Of a DNA stretch of 45,381 nucleotides, positions 27,871 to 35,178 are shown piece after piece; position 1 is the stretch's first letter; each line of letters begins with the position of its first letter. A program made the position numbers and the translations under genes. A model generated the notes under the pieces. The model did not search any database. It saw only the letters and a program-made list of their open reading frames with translations, and was not told the origin of the DNA. The stretch covers positions 1 through 45,381 of the forward strand of contig JBDNGG010000063.1 of NCBI GenBank assembly GCA_041689405.1. The letters run 5' to 3'. The stretch is from Terrimicrobiaceae bacterium (GTDB taxonomy: Bacteria; Verrucomicrobiota; Verrucomicrobiia; Chthoniobacterales; JAATET01).

Positions 27871-28473
27871 TTGAGAGACTCCACAACCTTACAGCCCTCT
27901 TCCATGGAAATAACACCACTAGCGACATACTTAGCAGCAAACCCAGACAATAAAAAACTGCACAAGCGCGTCACACGAGCCATCAAGCGATACCGGCATG
28001 CCGTTGGTGATATGGCACATGCTGAAAAAGATCTTTCCCATGCGAAGAACGATTGCGACCACGCCGTCAAAACTTTGAAAGCTGCCCTAAACGAATATAA
28101 GACCGGTTTTGAAAACTGGCTTCACGAGGACGAGGAGGGCATTGAGATCATTGATGAATCGACCTCTGGAGAAGACTCTGCGATCGCAGAAACTGCCAAG
28201 GATGACGACGAAGATCTATTTGATGATGGCAACGAGGCCGAAGAAATCCTCTCAATCGCGGTGGATGATCTCGACCACGCCGCGCGTGATTTTAAGCATG
28301 CCATCAAAGACGCGCGACACGCATCTGCCGATCTCGACGAGGTCGAATTCCTACTCCTGGGAGTGCTCGATTTCGCAGAGGATGACGGAGTTGCTCTCAA
28401 CCTCGTGGAAGCAAAGTCCTACGTTGCGACACAAGCTACCTCCGAAACTCCAACAGCTCCTGCCGAGAACTAA
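27871..28473 (+). CDS. Acidic hypothetical protein with two clusters of D-x-x-H-A-x-x heptads
   Basis: 200-aa ORF; an alternative ATG gives MEITPL at 27904. The central stretch is strongly Asp/Glu-rich. No family recognised. Confidence 0.55.
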   Translation: MRDSTTLQPSSMEITPLATYLAANPDNKKLHKRVTRAIKRYRHAVGDMAHAEKDLSHAKNDCDHAVKTLKAALNEYKTGFENWLHEDEEGIEIIDESTSGEDSAIAETAKDDDEDLFDDGNEAEEILSIAVDDLDHAARDFKHAIKDARHASADLDEVEFLLLGVLDFAEDDGVALNLVEAKSYVATQATSETPTAPAEN

Positions 28474-28507
28474 TCGCTTTCTCTCGCCATCGGCGAATAA
28501 CCAATCA

Positions 28508-29386
28508 CTACCGGACGCGATTTTTCCGCCACTTGGTGTCAAAATCGTCCAGTAAGGCACGATAGCTTCCCACGTCCTTCGCCAACCGCTCGCGTAGCCA
28601 CGCTTCGAGTGCCTCAGGCATCACTGCGCGTGACGTTGGATTGATTGTCGACCTGAGATGGGGACTATTAAAATGCTTTGGTAAAGCCGCACCAAGGAAC
28701 TCACACAAGTCGTCAAGAAATCCGCGGGGATCAGTGCTCAGGTGTTTGTAGTCGCCGAGATAGACTTGATCGTATGGCAGGTGCGAGCGCCAGCGATCAA
28801 TGACATCCTGCATAGCGCTCCGTCTCGCCTGCCCTGCCTGAGTAAAGAACTCCTTGTATGCCGATTCGGCGACTGTCTCACCTGGACCCGTTTGGCGAAG
28901 GAGCTCCTTTTTTGCATGTGACCAAGACCGCTCCACCGGATCCCGCAGCATCAATACAACCCGGATACGGGGATTCAGCGCCGCGATATCTGCGATAATT
29001 TCCTCCCGAACCGTCGCGTAGGTGGCAGTGGCCTCACCGATGAGGCGGGGGTTATATAGAGCACCACATCGACGCAGTGCGTCATAGGTTTTCTTGACGT
29101 GCGCCTTGCCGGATTCCCGAAAGATTCGCAGATAGTCATCCAAATAATCGAATCGATACTTCGGGTGCGCCGGTTTGCCGAGCGTGCTAAAATAATAGAT
29201 CTCCTTGGTGCTCGGCAAAAACAGGTGTGGATGCGTGACCAAGTTCCTGTAAATCCACGTTGTTCCCGTGCGCTGCGGGCCGGCAATGAGGAAATCAGGA
29301 AACCCCGCGAGATCGACTGAAGATGAGCGCGTCCGAATAAATTTCAGCGGCGGCACTGGTACCATCCGCGTAGAGCGCGGAATCAT
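28508..29386 (-). CDS. PAPS-dependent sulfotransferase family protein
   Basis: 5'-PSB loop IAGPQRTGTTWIY and 3'-PB motif MLRDPVERSWSH. 292 aa. Confidence 0.75.
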   Translation of the reverse strand: MIPRSTRMVPVPPLKFIRTRSSSVDLAGFPDFLIAGPQRTGTTWIYRNLVTHPHLFLPSTKEIYYFSTLGKPAHPKYRFDYLDDYLRIFRESGKAHVKKTYDALRRCGALYNPRLIGEATATYATVREEIIADIAALNPRIRVVLMLRDPVERSWSHAKKELLRQTGPGETVAESAYKEFFTQAGQARRSAMQDVIDRWRSHLPYDQVYLGDYKHLSTDPRGFLDDLCEFLGAALPKHFNSPHLRSTINPTSRAVMPEALEAWLRERLAKDVGSYRALLDDFDTKWRKNRVR

Positions 29387-29443
29387 AAGCAGACGCCGGA
29401 GTCACAGAAATAACCAGATCCTGAAGGATACCCGCACACGATC

Positions 29444-31294
29444 CTAGGTCGCATCGGGCAAAATCCGCTTTGTGAGCCGATCAATTCCGCCCTTGGCGAT
29501 GTCGCTGGTTGGGTATTGCTGCTGGGCCCGGAGAAACCACGCGAGGCTGGACCCCGGCTGACCGCGTTGTTCCAATTCCTCCGCGCGACGGAGCGCACCC
29601 ACAAAATCTGCAGCCTTGGTCGTCAAACTGGCTCGGATTTGATTGAGCTTCGCATCGTCAGGGAACTTCTGGAACGCCTTCTCGGCACTCTCCCAGGCAC
29701 CTGCGAAGTCTCCGCGCCGTTCGATTTCATTTGCGCGAATGATCGCACCTTCTATCTCGGTCATGTTAGTGAGGACCTCACGCAATTGTTGCTGCCGATC
29801 AGCGTCGAGGGCCGTGGCTGCAATAAAGCGTTCTTTATCATCGAAAATTTGGCGAAAGTTGCGCTGACTGAGAAGCTGATCGAAGTCCACGAGTGCCTTA
29901 TTTTGGACATCGGCCTGCGAAAAAATCATCTTAGATACTTCAGCTAAGTCTGGATTGCGGGGCCAGATAACGGTAGCCGCAGCGAGTTCCGTCTCTAACA
30001 CCTCGCGGTCTCCACTCACCGCTGCATTTTTGGCTTTAGCGATGTGCATTGCTGCCACCGTCTTGGCGGTTTCAATGGCCGCAAGCGGTTTGGAATTATC
30101 AAAATCTTTAGCGGTCTCTTCCAATTGCAGAACGAGTTGCTCTGCAAGCGAATAATCTTTGACCTCCAGTGCGGAAATCAACTTATTCGACGCTTGCAGA
30201 AAAGAAAGCGCCTGCCGCTTTTTGACACGCTCAACGGTGCGGACCTGAGGAAGATGCTCGCCGACAACAAACGTTTCTGCCAACCGCTTGGTCGCACTCT
30301 CAAGTTCATCCTTTTCGAGCAGAAACTTGAAAGCCTCAATTCCCTCGGACACGTCGCGAATCACCTCGCTTGCCATGGCATCCAGCGTGCCGACAGTTGG
30401 CGGCATCCCGGTTGTATTTGCAAATAAACTTTTCGCTTCCCCATCAACGCGCAATTTACTATCCCCATCACCAAAAATACTTCGGTAAAACCGCGTCGCG
30501 ATGAGCACGTGCTGAAATCGCCGCTGTACAAACAATTGCACAATCAATGCCTGAAATTCGATCTTCGTTTGCAGTTCCTGAAGTTCGCGTTTCGTTTTGT
30601 TTACATTGAGGAGCGCATTCACTTCCGCCAAGCGGGTCACAAAGGGCTGCATGGTCACATCCCGCTGAAGTTGCAGGTTCTTGCTCCATTCAGCAGCAGC
30701 AGCAGCGTCTTTCGGCGCGGCCCCGGTCAGCACGCTTCCCTGAGCCGTGATGCGTTGATTCCGCTCCAACCGCTGACGATCCGCTTCGAGCGTGGCATCC
30801 GCCTGCTGGAGGCGATCCATATTGCGTCTCGCCATCCATGCGGAATATACTTGGTTTCCGATCGTGTCGCAAAGCCCTGCATCGCGGCGAAATTCGGCCG
30901 CTTTCGGGAGGAGGCCAAAAGCTTCATCCAACGACCTTGAATCAACCCGGTTCGGACTTAGTTTATTGAGAATTTCAAATAGAATCGAGTTGTATGCGCG
31001 GTCCTGCTCTTCCGATTCTTCTGGAGCGCTGAGGAACTTCTCAAACCGGGCCTCGAAAAGGCGGTTGTTGTTGATGTTCCATGATTTCCCATTCCACTGG
31101 ATTGTCTCAGACCCCGGGTCAAAGAATGGGGTGTCGCCTCCAAGGAATGAACTCGTCGAGGGACTGCCGCCTCCACCACCCGGCGCGCCCTGACTGGGGC
31201 TTTGAGTCGGCGATTGGGCAGGAAAGTCTGCAACTTGCGCAACGGCTGAGCCGCTCATAGCAAACGAGAGAGCCAAAGAAAGTATCTTTTTCAT
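29444..31294 (-). CDS. Secreted all-helical hypothetical protein (616 aa), TPR-like C-terminus
   Basis: Signal peptide MKKILSLALSFAMSGSAVAQ, then a Gly/Ser/Pro-rich linker (QSPTQSPSQGAPGGGGGSPSTSS) and a long helical region. Its start overlaps the upstream stop (ATGA at 31291..31294). Confidence 0.7.
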   Translation of the reverse strand: MKKILSLALSFAMSGSAVAQVADFPAQSPTQSPSQGAPGGGGGSPSTSSFLGGDTPFFDPGSETIQWNGKSWNINNNRLFEARFEKFLSAPEESEEQDRAYNSILFEILNKLSPNRVDSRSLDEAFGLLPKAAEFRRDAGLCDTIGNQVYSAWMARRNMDRLQQADATLEADRQRLERNQRITAQGSVLTGAAPKDAAAAAEWSKNLQLQRDVTMQPFVTRLAEVNALLNVNKTKRELQELQTKIEFQALIVQLFVQRRFQHVLIATRFYRSIFGDGDSKLRVDGEAKSLFANTTGMPPTVGTLDAMASEVIRDVSEGIEAFKFLLEKDELESATKRLAETFVVGEHLPQVRTVERVKKRQALSFLQASNKLISALEVKDYSLAEQLVLQLEETAKDFDNSKPLAAIETAKTVAAMHIAKAKNAAVSGDREVLETELAAATVIWPRNPDLAEVSKMIFSQADVQNKALVDFDQLLSQRNFRQIFDDKERFIAATALDADRQQQLREVLTNMTEIEGAIIRANEIERRGDFAGAWESAEKAFQKFPDDAKLNQIRASLTTKAADFVGALRRAEELEQRGQPGSSLAWFLRAQQQYPTSDIAKGGIDRLTKRILPDAT

Positions 31295-31689
31295 GCTTTG
31301 GTCAGATCGAGCGCTCGCAGGATTCCATTTTCAGTAACCTCAATTTTTAAAATAAACCGCTGGCCTCGCTGGATGTTGATGTGACTGAGAGAGGCGGGGA
31401 TTAACATGGGCACAACATCACTGGTCGCATCAATCTGGACAGAAATCAACCGACCCAAGGATGGCGAATATCCCAGCTGATTCAAAACCTCGCCTTTTAC
31501 TTTGTAGGTATTTCCCCGAAGGCTATTGGAGTTCTCCAGATACGCCTGCACCTCCAACGGAGCCGTTGTCCGGAACGCCTCGCCTGATGTGCTAAGTAAA
31601 AGACCGCCGAGGCCAAATGCAAGAATGAGGACGACAATGCCTCCAAGGAGCCATATGGGATTAGAAGATGATCGGGAACGACGTGCCAC
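31291..31689 (-). CDS. Small membrane-anchored hypothetical protein (132 aa)
   Basis: GTG start. N-terminal anchor IWLLGGIVVLILAFGLGGLLL followed by a beta-rich domain. Confidence 0.55.
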   Translation of the reverse strand: MARRSRSSSNPIWLLGGIVVLILAFGLGGLLLSTSGEAFRTTAPLEVQAYLENSNSLRGNTYKVKGEVLNQLGYSPSLGRLISVQIDATSDVVPMLIPASLSHINIQRGQRFILKIEVTENGILRALDLTKA

Positions 31690-31775
31690 AGCAGTGTTTT
31701 AAAGGGTTCGGGGCGCAGATTCAACCCGAAAGCCAAAATCGGGCATCATGTAACTAAAATATACGGCGCTAGGAA

Positions 31776-32591
31776 TCAATAAAAGTCCGCAGCAATGAGC
31801 TGCCCGGTTACGGATCCAATAAAGACGCTTACCTCGGCCCTCAGAGGAATCCGGTAGTTATCGTCAGAAATCCATACCGTACCGGAGCGAAACCGCTGAT
31901 GCGGGGTGAGACCAATCGGACGATTTTTTTTAAATTCAATTTTCTGTATCCTTAGATCAAGTCGGATCGCGGGAATCTCACGCTCCATGATTCGCAATTT
32001 TTCCCGCAAAACGACGTTAAGCTCGATTTGATATGCTGAATCCCCGGGAAACCCGATAATCTTCAGATGATCGCCATCGTTTAACGGCTGGCTACGGACA
32101 AAAAGCACCCCGCCTAGTATATCAAAAGGCTCTTCGATACGAATGCGTTTCCATTTGGCACTGAGCTCAGGGTCAGGATTCACTCGCCGAAACCTCTGCA
32201 CTCCATCGACCCCGTTAAAGGCCACACGGGTCTCGATATTTCTGTTGCGATAGACTTCGTATTGTTCCAACCATCTCCCGCGAAGCTGATCGCGGTCGAT
32301 GATCGCATCATGACGGGCGTCCATTCTCCAAAGCAGCCTCGCAAGGCCAATCGTCCGTCCTTCGACCTTCACACGCAGGTCTTCGTTGCCCGGACGGTAA
32401 TTTACCGTCGCAGTGGCAGCATCAATCAAATCGGACCAACCAAACGCATATGTCAAACGGCACGCTGGCAGAGGTGGAAATGTCCCCGGGGCCGTGGGCG
32501 AAGACCGGAATTCAGTAGCCCAGCTGACCTGAAAAAGACCGATCGCAAATCCCACCCCCAGCACGCACCTAAGGGGGAGTCCAACGATCAC
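31776..32591 (-). CDS. Secreted hypothetical protein (271 aa), possibly DUF3108-like
   Basis: The GTG start overlaps the BatE-like stop (GTGA at 32588..32591). Signal-like N-terminus VLGVGFAIGLFQVSWA. The family guess is from memory only. Confidence 0.55.
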   Translation of the reverse strand: MIVGLPLRCVLGVGFAIGLFQVSWATEFRSSPTAPGTFPPLPACRLTYAFGWSDLIDAATATVNYRPGNEDLRVKVEGRTIGLARLLWRMDARHDAIIDRDQLRGRWLEQYEVYRNRNIETRVAFNGVDGVQRFRRVNPDPELSAKWKRIRIEEPFDILGGVLFVRSQPLNDGDHLKIIGFPGDSAYQIELNVVLREKLRIMEREIPAIRLDLRIQKIEFKKNRPIGLTPHQRFRSGTVWISDDNYRIPLRAEVSVFIGSVTGQLIAADFY

Positions 32592-33331
32592 GGTGCGCCA
32601 GATGGTAGAGATTCAGAGTCAGAATTTGGAATCACCGGGATGAGTCGATCTGACGCCAGCCATCCATTGGCTCCGGTCGACGTTGTGACGTAGGTCCAAG
32701 AACCTCGTGGCGAAATGACTCCCACTGCAGACCCTGGATTTAGAGACAGCACCGTTGCCGAATTCTCCGCAGGTCCAGATAATACCTTGACTTCAGCCCC
32801 CGCCGAAATCACAGCGAGATTTGCATCCGCAATCCGAGGGTCGGAAACATATCCCATCGAGAAAAAAGCCGATCCGATTAAAAGCGCGGAGATCGCAATC
32901 GCAAAATGCCACCGGGATTGTGGTCCCGAGAATATCATCCAACCCAGCCACAGCGCACCAATCCACCCCAGGACCATGCCCGCAATGAGCAATGTTTCCG
33001 GATGCACAAAAGAAACGACATCGTCCTGCCACGACCGCGGTCGCATCCCGATATTGTGCTGTGCGGCGAATGCCGAATACCGGTTTTGGGCCACTCGCAG
33101 ACCGGGATCCAGAATCAATGCTCTTTGGTAGTTAATTGCGGCATCGACGATGTTCCCAGCGTCTTCCTGGGCGACAGCGAGATTATAGTAGATTTGTGGG
33201 CTCGGGCCACTGCTCGCAAGGCGCGCTTCGATTTCCGAAATAGAGGCATTATCGTTCTTGGTTGGAGGCTCAGCGGCGATACTGGCAACCACTAAGCAGC
33301 AGGAAATTAATGCGATTAACAATCGATTCAT
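32588..33331 (-). CDS. BatE-like TPR + SH3 domain membrane protein
   Basis: Signal peptide, TPR (YYNLAVAQEDAGNIVDAAINYQRALILDP) and two TM segments. C-terminal bacterial SH3-like segment (GSAVGVISPRGSWTYVTTSTGANGWLASDRL). It sits after the BatD-like gene. Confidence 0.7.
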   Translation of the reverse strand: MNRLLIALISCCLVVASIAAEPPTKNDNASISEIEARLASSGPSPQIYYNLAVAQEDAGNIVDAAINYQRALILDPGLRVAQNRYSAFAAQHNIGMRPRSWQDDVVSFVHPETLLIAGMVLGWIGALWLGWMIFSGPQSRWHFAIAISALLIGSAFFSMGYVSDPRIADANLAVISAGAEVKVLSGPAENSATVLSLNPGSAVGVISPRGSWTYVTTSTGANGWLASDRLIPVIPNSDSESLPSGAP

Positions 33332-35169
33332 GGCTGCACCTTTTTCAAAATCGAGACTACTTCAGATTTCGATTCGAGTAATTGCTGCTCGGATTGGTCC
33401 ATCCCGCCTCCAAAGCGGGATTCATCCACCGCTGATAAAAATTGCCGCAGCCGTTCCGCGTATTCAGCGTATTGGGGATCGGCTGCCATGGCGTCTACGC
33501 GCGACCACGCCCCAACCTGACCAGAAGTCTCAGCGTCAAACTCCAGAACGTTCACCACTGCGCCACCGAACTCCTTATCGCTGGTTCTAGCGACGCTTGC
33601 AATCAACGCCTGACGCATCCGCTTCCGCTGAGCCATTTTTCCAGCATCAGTAGCATTTTGTTTCCGAACCCAACCGGTGACTATCAAGACAATCACCGCA
33701 ATAGCCACGATCCCATTGAGAATCCACGCGCCTCCGCTTCGGATCCATGGGGAAAAACCCCGCGCAACCGATGGTGCAACCACTTCCTCAGGAGTAACCA
33801 AGGGCGGGGGTTCCGATTGCACACCAGGCTCAGTCGTTGCCACCGCACTCGAATTTGGATCCACCGACGCGGCGGCAGTCGCCCGCACGGGCACAGGCGC
33901 CGCATTCAATGTGACATACTCCTCACGATCTGGATTAAAAAAGCTGAACTCCGCTCCCGGAGTCGCGCTCTGGTCTGTGCGCGCCACCAGCATGAAATCG
34001 AATTTTTTCCGCCCGCCGTAGCCGATGCTATCATCCGGCTGAAAGTTCTGTGTCGGCGGATAACTCTGCCATCCCTCTTCGTTCACCAGCACCGGATCGC
34101 CCATGGCATCAAAGTTGCCACGTCCCGAGACAGTCACAGACATCGTCACCGGCTCGCCCGGACCTACTTGGTTTGGTGCCGCGTCTGAAGACAGTGTAAA
34201 ATCTCCGACGGCTCCCGAGAACTTTTCCGGACGCCCCTCCTTCGGTAACGGCTTCACAGTCAATAGCGTGGGTTCGGATGCCACAGTCAACTGCCGCGCC
34301 TGCCCAATACCGGGCATTCCCGACCCACCAAAAAATTGATTGAAAATATCATCGATATTCCCCATCGAGCTCATCGGAACACGCGTGATACAATCAAGGG
34401 TGACGGCAGGGATCTCGATCTGTCCCGACTTTAACGGCGTGATTGATGTGCGGAACGAAAAGACATGATAGTTGGCATTCCCCACCTGCTGCTCCCCCCG
34501 CTGAGGGTCCGGCAAACGCTGCACGGTGAACCCCTCGCCTGAGAAACTCGGACGGTTACCCGAAATCTCAAACTGATAGGCTTGATTGAAATAGAAGCGC
34601 ACCTCAACGGGCACCACCTCGCCAACAAACACGGATTCCTTAGGAAGAATGAACTCAGCAAACGCAAGTCTATCTGCACTCGGATCCGCACTCGAATTCG
34701 TCGCAGATGGAGGTGCCTGGCTTGCCATTCCCTGCCCTGGTGTCACAGGAATCGCTCGTTGAATCTGCGTTCCAGGGGAGCCCGCATCGACCTGGAGTTC
34801 GAGCGGGCGCGTGCGCTCCAGCTTGCCGTCCACGGTGACGTCAATGGATGGAATCTTAAAAACTCCCTCCCGATCCGGATAAATCGTAAAACTATAAACC
34901 GCAGAGGTTTTCATCCGAAAATTGATGATCTCCACACGCGTCTGCTGGCCGGTGCGCTGAATCTGTAACCCATCCACCGCGATCGACTGAGGCAGAACCA
35001 CATTCGTTGAACCATCCACCTCGACCATCAATTGCACGGGGATCCCTACGCTCGTCTGATTGCGCGAGAGTTTAGCCATGATAGCTGCGTTGGCCGCGCT
35101 CCCCGCGGCCATTATGGCAATTACTGCCCCCGCCGCCATCCATCGGAAATTTTTCAACGTTATATTCAT
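33328..35169 (-). CDS. BatD-like (oxygen-tolerance family) envelope protein
   Basis: About 613 aa from the ATG at 35169. Signal peptide, long beta-rich ectodomain, and one TM near the C-terminus (AWILNGIVAIAVIVLIVTGWV). Size and position match BatD in Bat operons. Confidence 0.7.
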   Translation of the reverse strand: MNITLKNFRWMAAGAVIAIMAAGSAANAAIMAKLSRNQTSVGIPVQLMVEVDGSTNVVLPQSIAVDGLQIQRTGQQTRVEIINFRMKTSAVYSFTIYPDREGVFKIPSIDVTVDGKLERTRPLELQVDAGSPGTQIQRAIPVTPGQGMASQAPPSATNSSADPSADRLAFAEFILPKESVFVGEVVPVEVRFYFNQAYQFEISGNRPSFSGEGFTVQRLPDPQRGEQQVGNANYHVFSFRTSITPLKSGQIEIPAVTLDCITRVPMSSMGNIDDIFNQFFGGSGMPGIGQARQLTVASEPTLLTVKPLPKEGRPEKFSGAVGDFTLSSDAAPNQVGPGEPVTMSVTVSGRGNFDAMGDPVLVNEEGWQSYPPTQNFQPDDSIGYGGRKKFDFMLVARTDQSATPGAEFSFFNPDREEYVTLNAAPVPVRATAAASVDPNSSAVATTEPGVQSEPPPLVTPEEVVAPSVARGFSPWIRSGGAWILNGIVAIAVIVLIVTGWVRKQNATDAGKMAQRKRMRQALIASVARTSDKEFGGAVVNVLEFDAETSGQVGAWSRVDAMAADPQYAEYAERLRQFLSAVDESRFGGGMDQSEQQLLESKSEVVSILKKVQP

Positions 35170-35178
35170 CACACGCTT

